Assembly: GCA_965205975.1 (NCBI GenBank)
Contig: OZ242195.1
Span: 4,864,001-4,928,000 of the forward strand
Direction of reading: 5' to 3'
DNA: 64,000 bases
From: Candidatus Latescibacterota bacterium
GTDB taxonomy: Bacteria; Latescibacterota; UBA2968
The translations under genes and the position numbers were made by a program. The notes below the pieces were generated by a model. That model searched no databases. It had not been told where the DNA came from and saw nothing but the letters and a program-made list of their open reading frames with translations. The stretch's first letter is position 1. Each line of letters begins with the position of its first letter. Positions 48,355 to 58,372 of the stretch are shown here, piece after piece.

Positions 48355-50496
48355 CTAAAAACCTACCGCTGATTGCTGGTAGGTTTTTTCCGTGAAGTGT
48401 GCCCAGCCTTTCCAGCGGTCAATACCTGTCAGGCTCAGGTCAATTTCGTCGCCGACCTCTACGGGATAACTTGGATAGATGACGGTTTTGAAGGGGTGAT
48501 CGAGGAGCTCGACGAGGACACCGCGCATTTTGAGGTAGAGAACAACGGCGCGAAATTCCCGACCGAGTTGGTTTTCCCACGATTGTAACATTAAGTTGCG
48601 AGTATGGCGGTGAACCAGACCGTCAATGAGGTCCAGCGTTTCCCACATGCGGTAGCGCAGGGTGTTGAGGTCGTCAACTGAGTAAAGGGATTGCTCGGTT
48701 TTAAGGTAGTGATCGATCTGGCGTTGCATTACGAGATCGGTGTATCGGGTGGTGGGTTGAGTGATGGGACAATAATGCGAAATGCCATAGCCGTGATGTG
48801 TTTCTGGCGTTGTATTGAGGCCGGTGTTTGGGGTCTGGCGGTGAAGTTCGTGGCGGCGAACGACGGGGTGGGGGATTTGTATGATGGATTCGATATTTTC
48901 AATGGGGTCGCGTATTTCGTAAATTGCGGGGATGTTTTTATTATCGCACCATCGCCCAATAGCTATGCCAGCGAGCAGGGATAGTTCGCGGGCAATGTGA
49001 TGTGCGTGGTTGGGGGATGATTGCTCCTCAAGGTCGTGCATGTCCGTTTGCCGCGTTTTGTGGAGGCGCGTGGATAATTGCGAGAAGAATTTTATGGCGC
49101 GATGCTGCGGATGTGCGGGATCGTTTGCATGGTCGATGTCTTCAGGTAAAAGGTCAGCTTTGTTGATTGCGGCCGTTTGCGCGATACAAAAATCTTTGAG
49201 GCGGCCATCCCGATTCACGCGCCAGAAGATGCTGAGTGCTGGATGCGCTTTGCCGCTCTGGAATTGGCCCAGATCGTGTGCAAAGCGCGTGGGTAGCATG
49301 GGAATGGGATGATCGGGAAAGGGTATGAGCGCCATGCGCTCGGCAGCGTCGCGGTCGATGTGCGAATCTTTGGGAATGAGTGCGCCGATATCTGGGATGT
49401 GTACGCCAAATTCTGCGCCCCTAAAGAGCCGGCGGCGGAATGAGAGGGCGATTTCTGGGTGACCGGGCGGGTGTATTACAAAGACGGGTTGTTTTTTGCG
49501 GTTGCCATAAGTAGGCGTGAGTGTTTCTGCCTGGCGGATGACGAGGTCTGAAAATGCAGTTGGAACTTCGGCGCGGAGCAAGTCGAGGTTTTGATCGCGT
49601 TTCCAGACCTTTTTTTGTATGAGCAATTCGACTGCAGATTTTTGGCGGTTTTTTTTAGTTTGGCAAATTTCGTTGATCAATGCCTGAGCCTGAGTTGCGT
49701 GTTGGGATTCTCTGCCCCATAATGCGTATTGCCGAATCTGTTCCAGATAGGTTTGCTGGCGTGGGGTTAGCGTGTGTTCTGCAATGGATTCGGCATTATT
49801 CGCCATGGCGTGGATAAATTCTTCGCGTTCTTCATCCCGATCTTTTCTAAGTTTGTCGCGTTGGTAGAGAACATTGACTTGACCAGCCGTATAGGGCGAA
49901 TACGAGTTGGAAGATTGAGGCTGAAAATAAGGAGAGGCATGGTGCAGGTGAAGGTAGAGGGCAATCCACTGTGTGGCATCGATTTCCGTGTTGTAGTAAA
50001 GGTCGGCGATTTCTGAAAGCGGAAGCGGGGTTGCAGATTCAACGGCGATTTCCCAAACGTCTTTGAGGTCTATTTTTCGGCTCGAGGTACGGACGGTCGT
50101 TGCGTAAGTTTTGAGGGGTACATCGCACGATGAGATACCGGTAAGATAAACGAGGTTGGTGTGGCGAAAGTGGAGGCGCCGGCCATCTTCTGATAAAACT
50201 GCGATTTCGGAAATTTTGCGGGGTAAAACAGCCTGGCAAGTTCCCAGGAGCAGGCGTTTTCGAAAGCGAAACAGGATAATTTCATCTTGGACAGGTGTGC
50301 CGGATAGTCTGCCTTTTGTATGGGACGCATCCTGGGAACTCGGTATTCCATCTTCATCCAGACGGCCCGTGTAGCGCTCGTTGGGTTGGTTTTTGTGTTC
50401 ATTTCGGATGATCAGACCGTAGATGCGTTTGACCAGGCTGGCGTAGAAGTAGAGATAGCGATTGGAAATTGTGATTTCGCGTTTGGGTTTTTGCAT
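48355..50496 (-). CDS. RNase II/R (RNB domain) family protein, apparently lacking catalytic aspartates
   Basis: GVHIPD, IPMLP, HHGYG..Y...TQPTTRYTDLVMQRQI and S1-like tail; start uncertain. Confidence 0.75.
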   Translation of the reverse strand: MQKPKREITISNRYLYFYASLVKRIYGLIIRNEHKNQPNERYTGRLDEDGIPSSQDASHTKGRLSGTPVQDEIILFRFRKRLLLGTCQAVLPRKISEIAVLSEDGRRLHFRHTNLVYLTGISSCDVPLKTYATTVRTSSRKIDLKDVWEIAVESATPLPLSEIADLYYNTEIDATQWIALYLHLHHASPYFQPQSSNSYSPYTAGQVNVLYQRDKLRKDRDEEREEFIHAMANNAESIAEHTLTPRQQTYLEQIRQYALWGRESQHATQAQALINEICQTKKNRQKSAVELLIQKKVWKRDQNLDLLRAEVPTAFSDLVIRQAETLTPTYGNRKKQPVFVIHPPGHPEIALSFRRRLFRGAEFGVHIPDIGALIPKDSHIDRDAAERMALIPFPDHPIPMLPTRFAHDLGQFQSGKAHPALSIFWRVNRDGRLKDFCIAQTAAINKADLLPEDIDHANDPAHPQHRAIKFFSQLSTRLHKTRQTDMHDLEEQSSPNHAHHIARELSLLAGIAIGRWCDNKNIPAIYEIRDPIENIESIIQIPHPVVRRHELHRQTPNTGLNTTPETHHGYGISHYCPITQPTTRYTDLVMQRQIDHYLKTEQSLYSVDDLNTLRYRMWETLDLIDGLVHRHTRNLMLQSWENQLGREFRAVVLYLKMRGVLVELLDHPFKTVIYPSYPVEVGDEIDLSLTGIDRWKGWAHFTEKTYQQSAVGF
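48357..48389. terminator. Hairpin terminator for ubiX overlapping the 3' end of the convergent RNB gene
   Basis: AAAAACCTACC..GGTAGGTTTTT. Confidence 0.65.
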
Positions 50497-50527
50497 GGGG
50501 TTGCCTCGTCTCTGTTACCCATTAGTA

Positions 50528-50558
50528 AAAAGCCCCGGTGTGTGACCGGGGCTTTTAT
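50528..50558 (-). terminator. Terminator after the DUF1501 gene
   Basis: AAAAGCCCCGGT..ACCGGGGCTTTT. Confidence 0.8.
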
Positions 50559-50580
50559 AGTTTCAGACGATGCCGGATGC

Positions 50581-52005
50581 TTAACGGTTTCGGTAGGCAT
50601 CAACAAATCTCAAGAAATCGCTAAAACCAACTTTGCCATCGCCGTCTAAGTCGAATTTGGCTTCATTGCTCCCATAGGCCTGGGCAAATTGGAGAAAGTC
50701 GTTAAAGTCGAGTTTGCCGTCGGCATTAAAGTCAAATTTGGCGAGATCGATGGGTGGCGGTCTGAGAATGGGTATGTGTGATGTATTGGATGAAAAGATG
50801 TTCGAGACAACATCTTGTGATACGTCAAACCAATCGTTGAGCACCGAGGCATAGACATGGCGAAAGTCGTGATCGTAGTAAAAGTCACCGCGCCTGTCAA
50901 CTTGTTCAAAGTTGGGGGCTGGCCCCGCAATGCCCGCATTGACCGATGGGCCAAAGAAGAACATGGGTGCTGATGTGCCGTGATCGGTGCCTGCGCTGCC
51001 GTTTTCTTTTGTTCGACGACCAAATTCCGAAATGCTCATGCCGAGTACGCGGTCTTGCAATTGATGTTGCCGCAAGTCTTGAACAAAAGCCGTGGTTGCT
51101 TCGTTGAGGTATCTCATCAAGGTGTTGTGGCGGTTGAGCTGATTGGAGTGCGTGTCGTATCCGCCTTGTGAGACCAGATACACTTTGGATTGTAAGCCGC
51201 CAGCGATCAGCCGCGCGACCAGACTGAGCTGGTCGGCGAGCGGATTACCAGAGGGATATTCAACTCTGTTCGCGCCTTTATCTGCGGCATCTCTGACCTG
51301 TGAGGAATATTGCAGGGATTCAAAGTTGATGCGGCGGATAAAGTCGAGTTCAAATCCAGCCGGTGTGGGGATTTTACCGTCTTCGATAATTTTGTTGCCC
51401 CGCTCCACGAGATTGACAAATTGCCTGGGGTTGCGCAGGGCAATACCCATGGCACCATTTTTGCCCAATAGGGCAAGAGAAAGCACGGGGCCGATGTCAA
51501 CGGCGAGAGGTTGTTCTGGCAAGGTGTCTGGGAAGCCCGGAGTTTGGGATTCAAAATAGCGCCCCAGCCAACCGTGGTTCAAAAATTCGTTGGAATTTGA
51601 TGCGGTCAACCAGATGTCGGTCGAACGAAAGTGCGATCGGTTGGGATTGGGATATCCGACTCCCTGCATGACCATCAACTGACCTTCGTCGTAGAGTTCT
51701 TTGAATCCGGTGAGTTGGGGATGCAGGCCCTGTGTTGGGGTGAGTCTGAGGGCTTCTTCTTTTGTGATGTGGATTTTGGGACGCGCCTGATAATAGGCGT
51801 CGTTTTCAAAGTTGACCAGGGTGTTGAGGCCGTCGTTACCGCCATTGAGGCGAATGATAACGAGCACGCGGTCGGTCTCGCTGAGGGCTGTTGCAGCCAG
51901 GGGACCAATAGCTTCGGCGCGCCCATAAGCCCGCGTCATAAAACCGCCCAGCGCAAATCCGGCACCACCGCGGGTCGCGTTTTTCATAAAGTCGCGTCTG
52001 TTCAT
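50581..52005 (-). CDS. DUF1501 protein with Tat signal and C-terminal EF-hand/dockerin-like domain
   Basis: NRRDFMK, LNGGNDGLNT, GYPNPNRSHFRS, GGYDTH, SEFGRR..ENGSAGTDHG. Confidence 0.92.
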   Translation of the reverse strand: MNRRDFMKNATRGGAGFALGGFMTRAYGRAEAIGPLAATALSETDRVLVIIRLNGGNDGLNTLVNFENDAYYQARPKIHITKEEALRLTPTQGLHPQLTGFKELYDEGQLMVMQGVGYPNPNRSHFRSTDIWLTASNSNEFLNHGWLGRYFESQTPGFPDTLPEQPLAVDIGPVLSLALLGKNGAMGIALRNPRQFVNLVERGNKIIEDGKIPTPAGFELDFIRRINFESLQYSSQVRDAADKGANRVEYPSGNPLADQLSLVARLIAGGLQSKVYLVSQGGYDTHSNQLNRHNTLMRYLNEATTAFVQDLRQHQLQDRVLGMSISEFGRRTKENGSAGTDHGTSAPMFFFGPSVNAGIAGPAPNFEQVDRRGDFYYDHDFRHVYASVLNDWFDVSQDVVSNIFSSNTSHIPILRPPPIDLAKFDFNADGKLDFNDFLQFAQAYGSNEAKFDLDGDGKVGFSDFLRFVDAYRNR

Positions 52006-52026
52006 AACGAGCTCCTTGCCTCAAGT

Positions 52027-53499
52027 CTAATTCAGTTGATAGTCGGGCAATTCAAAGATGAGTTTGAGAATATTTTTGATGCGTCGAGGTGCTGCAACAG
52101 CGTCGGGATTCCAGTCATAAACATCGGCACCTTCGAGTAGCGTTTCCAAAAACATTTCGCGGCGATAATCGTCAACTGGAAAGGCGGTCAGGCATTCTCC
52201 CATGGCGCGAACGAGTTTTTCCGCGTCGTAGGGATCGGGAAATGCCTTGACGAATCCAACAGTATCCGGGTTGAGGATGGTGTAACGGTTGGGATTGCGC
52301 GGTTTGGCATCGACCATTTCGTCGGTCATTTTGTGGCGTTCGGGCAGTGTTGATGTGCTGATCCACAGCCGATATCCCGGCCACCCGGCCACATTGGGAG
52401 GATCGAGCAGTTTTTGACCGAGTACCTGGGCGATGTAAACGAGGTATTCGGAACTGATACTCCTGCCTCTACCCGCTTTAAAACCGAGACTGCGCGCTGT
52501 GCCGGCGACGAGTTCGACGGGGCTTTTGATTTTGGCACCGATGATGGCGGGATCAAAAAAGTGCGCGCTCAAGAACAATGCTTTCAGCACGGGTTTGATT
52601 TCGTAATCGTTATCGCGCATGATTTGCGCGAGTTCCGAGATGACATCTTTGTCTGGATGCTCATAGACAAATTCGCGATAGAGTTTGCCGCATATAAATT
52701 CGGCTGTGATTTCTTGCTGGAAAATGATGTCGATAATGTCTTGCTCATTGAAGTTGCCGGTTTGCCCCAGGAATGTTTTCTGGCCTTTGTCGAATCGATT
52801 CTCTCTAAAAGTGGGTTGTTTGCCTACGACAATCCACCCCGTGAGCGCTCGGGCCGCTTCTCCGATGTCGTGTTCTGTGTAGGTGCTGCCCTCGCCCATG
52901 GTGAACAATTCCATGAGTTCTCGGGCGTAATTTTCATTGGGCCTGCCCACTCTGTTGGAGTTGCTGTCGAGGTAGTAGATCATGGCCGGGTCGCGCGTGA
53001 CGCCCTCAACTATTGTTTTGAAGTTGCCGACGGCGTGTTTGCGGAACAGGAAATTTTGAAGATACATCCACTGCGGGCGTCTGACATCTTTGGCCTGGGT
53101 GGCAAAGTGATCGTGCCAGAAGAGCACCATGCGCTCTTGAATTGAGAACCCCTGATTGACGATGAGTTCCATCCACCAGACACGGGTCTGGTCAACGCGC
53201 GCGCGCTCAATTTTGCGCTGATCTGCATCGGGTCTTGTAAATGGATCTTCGTTGACCCAACTATCGGGTGGATTAGGGGGCAAAAAAGGTATTTCCAGAA
53301 GGCGATCTACAACGGCTTCTGGCGTGCTTTGCGCGGCTTCTGCAATTTCTCTTGGCGTTGGGCCAATGAGGGTGCGCCGCAAGAGGTGTGCCGCCCGGTG
53401 CTCATTCCACGGCTGTTCTGCCGAGGGGATATAAGGTTCGAGTCCCGTGGATGCATACGCAAGTTTGGGCGCAACAGGAAAATGTTTGCGATTGGACAC
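52027..53499 (-). CDS. DUF1800 protein
   Basis: AAHLLRR, FWHDHFAT, PNENYARELMELFTMG, ARALTGW, PPNVAGWP. Confidence 0.92.
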   Translation of the reverse strand: MSNRKHFPVAPKLAYASTGLEPYIPSAEQPWNEHRAAHLLRRTLIGPTPREIAEAAQSTPEAVVDRLLEIPFLPPNPPDSWVNEDPFTRPDADQRKIERARVDQTRVWWMELIVNQGFSIQERMVLFWHDHFATQAKDVRRPQWMYLQNFLFRKHAVGNFKTIVEGVTRDPAMIYYLDSNSNRVGRPNENYARELMELFTMGEGSTYTEHDIGEAARALTGWIVVGKQPTFRENRFDKGQKTFLGQTGNFNEQDIIDIIFQQEITAEFICGKLYREFVYEHPDKDVISELAQIMRDNDYEIKPVLKALFLSAHFFDPAIIGAKIKSPVELVAGTARSLGFKAGRGRSISSEYLVYIAQVLGQKLLDPPNVAGWPGYRLWISTSTLPERHKMTDEMVDAKPRNPNRYTILNPDTVGFVKAFPDPYDAEKLVRAMGECLTAFPVDDYRREMFLETLLEGADVYDWNPDAVAAPRRIKNILKLIFELPDYQLN

Positions 53500-53616
53500 G
53501 AATGCTCCTCCTCTTGATCTAAAATGCTGGTGATTTAGTTCTAATCATTAAGCGCATGTATAAAATGGTAAATTTTTGTTATTAGTGCAAGTTAATATTT
53601 GTAAATACCAAAAGCC

Positions 53617-53934
53617 TCAAGGGGCATATTTTGTGAGTGAATCGAGTAGAGCTTGTTGCGCCACCAGATTTCTTTCCGATGCCATGACAATGGTTTCCTG
53701 AATTTTGATACGGGCGTGTTCTATGTTTTCTGCCTGGTCTTTTGGAATGCCCAACGCGATATTGCGGCGAATTTCGCTTTGCAGGCTGTCGCGCAGGGTT
53801 TGCAGGCGGATGCGTTCTTCGCGCAGTGCTTCTTGAGCTTTTGAGACCTTCATTTTTTGACTTTCGAGTACGGGATTGGTGCCCGAACATGCAAAAATCA
53901 GGATAAGGAAAAAAAATAAGAGAAAGCGAGGCAT
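53617..53934 (-). CDS. Hypothetical coiled-coil lipoprotein
   Basis: Lipobox LIFAC-S, helical body, co-oriented in operon. Confidence 0.7.
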   Translation of the reverse strand: MPRFLLFFFLILIFACSGTNPVLESQKMKVSKAQEALREERIRLQTLRDSLQSEIRRNIALGIPKDQAENIEHARIKIQETIVMASERNLVAQQALLDSLTKYAP

Positions 53935-53942
53935 AGGATCGG

Positions 53943-55367
53943 CTATTGAGTTTGACTATTGAGATAGTGCTGAATGTGACGGCGAGCGCGATAGGTTTTT
54001 ACGCGGCTGACCCAACTCTTTTTGGGATGTTGGGTTGGATCGGTGTCAATTTCAACGGTGTCGCCCCAGGTGAGTTTGGAGAACGGATAAGCCCGCGCGC
54101 CGTTGATGCGACCTCCTTTGCATTGCAAGCCGAGGTCGGTATGTACGGCAAAGGCAAAATCGGCAAGGGTCGCATCTTCGGGCAAAATAAAGGGATCACC
54201 TCTGGGTGTGAGTGTGACAATTTCTCGGGTAAAGAGAATGCGTTTGAGTTCGGACATCAGGTGATGGGAGGCGTCAGCGCGGTCGTACCAATCGACAAAA
54301 TCGTGCAACCAGCGCGTGCGCCGCTCTTCGTGCTCTGCATCTCCGCGCAATGCGGTAATGCCAAATTCGCCCAGGCGATGCATTGCGGGGGTTTGAATGT
54401 GGAGTTCGTAGCGTTGGTCTCTGTGGTGGACACAGGTATGCAGAGCCTGGTAACCGTTGCGTTTGGGCAGGGCAATAAAGTCTTTGAAACGCTCCATTAC
54501 AGGCAGGAATTGCTCGTGTAAAATTCCCAAAGCCGAATAACACAATCGACGACGTGAGACAATAACTTCAATAGCGTAGCGATCCTGAATTTGACTGAGG
54601 GGGCGATGTTGCATTTTGCGGTAAATGCTGCTCAAACTCTTCTCTTGCACGCGCACACTTGTCCGCACGCCATTTGCATTGAGCAGGTTGCGAATAGTGT
54701 CTTGGAATGTTACGAGGTGCTCGGTCGGTTCTGTTCTAAACGTCGTCTGTATCTGATTTGTAATGCGTGGTTCGAGACAAAAAAGACTGCGGTCTTCAAG
54801 CTCTCGGCGGATGCGGGCCATGCCCAACAAGTGCGATAGGGGTGCGTATATATCAATGGTTTCTCGCGCAATGCGTTGCCGCCTGTCGAGTTCTGCAATG
54901 CCATCGAGGCTGCGCATGTTATACATGCGGTCAGCCAATTTGAGAATGAGAACGCGCGGGTCTCGACTGGCATGGGTGAACAGGTGTTGCAAGGTGGCAA
55001 TGCGCCGCGCAGTGCGTCCAGCTTTTAAGCCTTCAACTTTTGTAACGCCGCTGACGAGGGTAGCAATATTTTTGCCAAAGGTGGGTTCAATGTCGCCAAG
55101 GGTCAGGGCAGAGTCTTCAACGGCGTCGTGTAATAGTGCCGCCGCCATCATTTCAGCGTCGCGTGCAAAGCCCAATTCAGAAGCCAGAATGAGAGCCACG
55201 CCAATGGGATGGGTGATATACGGTTGCCCGGCGTCACGGTCCTGGCCCTCGTGGCTGGCATTGGCGAAGTGATAGGCATGCCCGACGAGCGGATGATTGC
55301 GCTGAGGAATTTTTACCAGTAATTCCCGAAGGGGTTCGCGTATGGCAATTTGGTATTTGGTATTCAC
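53943..55367 (-). CDS. RelA/SpoT homologue (HD hydrolase - degenerate synthetase - TGS)
   Basis: PYITHP, LLHDAVED, KLADRMYNMR, PKRNGYQALHT, DFAFAVHTDLG. Confidence 0.9.
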   Translation of the reverse strand: MNTKYQIAIREPLRELLVKIPQRNHPLVGHAYHFANASHEGQDRDAGQPYITHPIGVALILASELGFARDAEMMAAALLHDAVEDSALTLGDIEPTFGKNIATLVSGVTKVEGLKAGRTARRIATLQHLFTHASRDPRVLILKLADRMYNMRSLDGIAELDRRQRIARETIDIYAPLSHLLGMARIRRELEDRSLFCLEPRITNQIQTTFRTEPTEHLVTFQDTIRNLLNANGVRTSVRVQEKSLSSIYRKMQHRPLSQIQDRYAIEVIVSRRRLCYSALGILHEQFLPVMERFKDFIALPKRNGYQALHTCVHHRDQRYELHIQTPAMHRLGEFGITALRGDAEHEERRTRWLHDFVDWYDRADASHHLMSELKRILFTREIVTLTPRGDPFILPEDATLADFAFAVHTDLGLQCKGGRINGARAYPFSKLTWGDTVEIDTDPTQHPKKSWVSRVKTYRARRHIQHYLNSQTQ

Positions 55368-58213
55368 GCCGCGCTCACTTTGTCGAACCAGCTTTTGATG
55401 GTTTGTAATAAATGGTCCGGTGCCCGAAACGCCCGATGTTGAACTGGGAGTGCTTCGAGAAAGGCCCGCCCGTAAAAGGTGGATAAAACCCGACTGTCGA
55501 AGACGATGACAATACCTCTGTCGGATTTGTTGCGTATCAGGCGGCCAAAACCCTGGCGGAATTTGAGAATGGCTTCGGGGACAGAATAGTGTAAAAATGG
55601 ATTTTTGCCCTGTTTTTCGAGCTCTTCCATGTGCGCTGCAACAAGGGGTTCAGATGGCACGGCAAAAGGCAGGCGAATAATGCCCAGTATTTCGAGGGCT
55701 TCGCCGGGGATATCTACCCCTTCCCAGAAACTGTCGGTGCCAAGCAACATTGCGCGTCGGTGGGTCTTAAAGCGATCGGTAATGCTGCCGCGCGCACCGT
55801 CTATCCCCTGTCCCAGGAGTAAGATGCCATCAGACGATAGATCGTTTTTGAGTGCGTCATAAGATTGGTTGAGCATGCTGTAGGACGTAAATAATGCCAG
55901 CGTGCCCCGTCCGATTTCGCGTGCGAGATGGCGTAATAAATCGTCAACGGCGCGTTGAAAATGAGGAGATTTGGGCGATGGCATAAATTGAGGTACGCAA
56001 ACGAGGGCTTGTAAATCGTAGTCAAAGGGCGAACCCAGACAACTCGTTTGCACGCGCTCCTCGGGCATGGTATCGAGCCCCATGCGCTGAAGAAAGTAGA
56101 TGAGTTTGCCGCGAATGCCCAGAGTAGCCGATGTGAAGACGATGGTGCGCATTTTGTCGTAGAGTGCGTCGCGCAATACATCGGCGACCTGCAAGGGCGC
56201 GGAAAACAGGCGCGTGTCGCTGCTGTTTTCTCGGGTTGGCAATTCAAACCAGTAAACACATTGTTCGTCTTCGGGATGGGTCAAGTGATTGAGGGTTGCG
56301 AGCAGGTCGCTGCATTCTTGTGCGCGTCCGTCGAGTTCACTGACGAGTTCGTCCTGGTTGGGAAAGGTGTCGTCGGGCAAGTCTTTGAGCCAATCGCACA
56401 GATTTTTTAAGCTGTTATTGAGTTCTGAGCCCGCTTCGGCAAAGTCTTCAAGGCTTTCTTTGACTGTTTCAAACGTATTTTCACCCGGACGATAGCGCTC
56501 TTTTGGCGTGTAGTTAAATTTGCGACTGCCCTGTTTGCCATACAAAAATTCCGTGAGGTCTTGAAAAAAGGTCTGCGCTTTGAGGTAGATGTCTTCGGCG
56601 GCGTTCACAGCCCGTCCAATGCCTTTGTCAAAGGTGGCGAAGATATTGTCTTTGAGATCGGCTACACCGATCCAGTGGCGCAATGCGGGCAGGGTGCCGG
56701 TGCTTTGAAAGCCCGGACTGCGCAGTTGATCGGAAAAATTTTTAATGTGCCATATATTGAGTTCGCGTCCCAAATATTGTGCGGCAATTTTTTCGATGTT
56801 GTGGGCTTCGTCCAGGATGAGGTCTTCGTATTCACCCAGCACGGCATTTTCCGAGACGATGTCGGAAAAGAGCAGGGAGTGATTGACAACCACGATATGT
56901 GCTTTTTGGGCAGAGCGGCGCACGGTGTTGGCAAAACACTGCCCGTTGGTGCGGCACTTTTGCGAGCGGCAATATCCCGAGTCGGAACACACTTTTGCCC
57001 ACAGGCCAGCATGGCGACGCATATCAAAGCCATTGTTTTCCGAAATGTCGCCCGTTTGCGTTTGCTCTGCCCATATAACGAGAGATAAAGCTCCTTCGCG
57101 CTCGTCTTCGGTAAAGAAGGTATCGACATTGGCGAGTGCTGCGTGCCACCGATTGAGGCATATATAGTTGCTGCGACCTTTGAGCAGGACATAGCTGAAG
57201 GGTATATTCAGAGCGCGTTCAAGGTGGGGCAGGTCTTTGAAGAACAATTGTTCCTGAAGATTTTTGGTATTGGTGGAAACAATGATGCGGCGGCCATTTT
57301 GTGCGGCGTGGTGAATGGCCGGGGTGAGATAGGCCATGGATTTGCCCACGCCTGTGCCCGCTTCGGCGACGAGGAGGTGGTTGTTGTTGAAGGCGTTGGC
57401 AATGGCGCGCACCATTTCGATCTGTTCGGTGCGGACTTCATATCCTTCGGTTTGGCGGTCAAAGGTGCCGCCGGATTCAAACAAGGTGCAGAGCATGTCG
57501 ATGTCGAGAGGCGCGTGGTCCTCTGTTTCCGTTCGGGTTTCTTCGCCGCCCACATTGGAGAGGGGGAGGTCATCTGCCCCGCCACCGCGAATGCGATTCA
57601 TAAATTCGCTTTTGGCCGCTTCGTTGCCCAGATCGACAAAGATGTTGAGCAAGGGGCTATTTGCGCCTTGCAAAAGCTGGAGTATTTGTTGTTTGGTACG
57701 GAATGAGGTTTCGCGCAAGATCTCGACGACGCCCGAGTATATGCCCGCGAGTTGCTCGGCATCGCCAAGTGCTTTGTGCGCTGATTGGGATTTGACTTCA
57801 AAATAGTCTGCAAGTGTGTTCGCCCGATGATCGGGTAAACTGGGCAAGGCAATCCGGGCGAGGTCGCACACGCTGTGTATGTTGTTGCCAAAGGGCAGGC
57901 CAGAGGCTTTAGATAAAAAGCGAGTTTCAAATCGACCCTGGTGTACGATGAGGGGCTGGTCGCCCACAAAGGTCATAAAGTTTTCGATTGCTGCGTTGAT
58001 GCGGGGGGCGTTTTTTACGTCTTTGAACGCTATGCCCGTCAGGCGCGTTGTTTCTTCGGGTACCCCCATTTTTGGACGCACATAAGTCTGAAAGCGGTCG
58101 GCAATTTCGCCATCTTTGACTTTGACAGCACCGATTTCGATTATTTCGGCTTCTTTCGGGTTCAGACCCGTTGTTTCGAGGTCGAGGGTTATGTAGGTGT
58201 GGAGAATGGACAT
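55364..58213 (-). CDS. dinG: DnaQ-like exonuclease / DinG family helicase fusion
   Basis: DLETTG, HKALGDA, EAGTGVGKS, LKGRSNYIC, DEAH, FWEGVD, QGFGRLIR. Confidence 0.92.
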   Translation of the reverse strand: MSILHTYITLDLETTGLNPKEAEIIEIGAVKVKDGEIADRFQTYVRPKMGVPEETTRLTGIAFKDVKNAPRINAAIENFMTFVGDQPLIVHQGRFETRFLSKASGLPFGNNIHSVCDLARIALPSLPDHRANTLADYFEVKSQSAHKALGDAEQLAGIYSGVVEILRETSFRTKQQILQLLQGANSPLLNIFVDLGNEAAKSEFMNRIRGGGADDLPLSNVGGEETRTETEDHAPLDIDMLCTLFESGGTFDRQTEGYEVRTEQIEMVRAIANAFNNNHLLVAEAGTGVGKSMAYLTPAIHHAAQNGRRIIVSTNTKNLQEQLFFKDLPHLERALNIPFSYVLLKGRSNYICLNRWHAALANVDTFFTEDEREGALSLVIWAEQTQTGDISENNGFDMRRHAGLWAKVCSDSGYCRSQKCRTNGQCFANTVRRSAQKAHIVVVNHSLLFSDIVSENAVLGEYEDLILDEAHNIEKIAAQYLGRELNIWHIKNFSDQLRSPGFQSTGTLPALRHWIGVADLKDNIFATFDKGIGRAVNAAEDIYLKAQTFFQDLTEFLYGKQGSRKFNYTPKERYRPGENTFETVKESLEDFAEAGSELNNSLKNLCDWLKDLPDDTFPNQDELVSELDGRAQECSDLLATLNHLTHPEDEQCVYWFELPTRENSSDTRLFSAPLQVADVLRDALYDKMRTIVFTSATLGIRGKLIYFLQRMGLDTMPEERVQTSCLGSPFDYDLQALVCVPQFMPSPKSPHFQRAVDDLLRHLAREIGRGTLALFTSYSMLNQSYDALKNDLSSDGILLLGQGIDGARGSITDRFKTHRRAMLLGTDSFWEGVDIPGEALEILGIIRLPFAVPSEPLVAAHMEELEKQGKNPFLHYSVPEAILKFRQGFGRLIRNKSDRGIVIVFDSRVLSTFYGRAFLEALPVQHRAFRAPDHLLQTIKSWFDKVSAA

Positions 58214-58372
58214 GGGGAAAATTGAAGAACCTTATGTGTTGACTCTTTGATTTCTGTTCGGTATCATAAATGCCGACCAGTTTTGATTTTCCGATCGGCT
58301 TTCGATGGCGTTTTGACTTGAGGTAACATACATTACAAAGCCCTGAAGTTCAAGGGTTATTAAGGAGATGGG

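Noticed and set aside
57880..57970. DinG exonuclease motif II reads HQGRFE instead of HNxxFD
   Set aside because: Conservative change with motifs I and III intact; inactivity cannot be claimed
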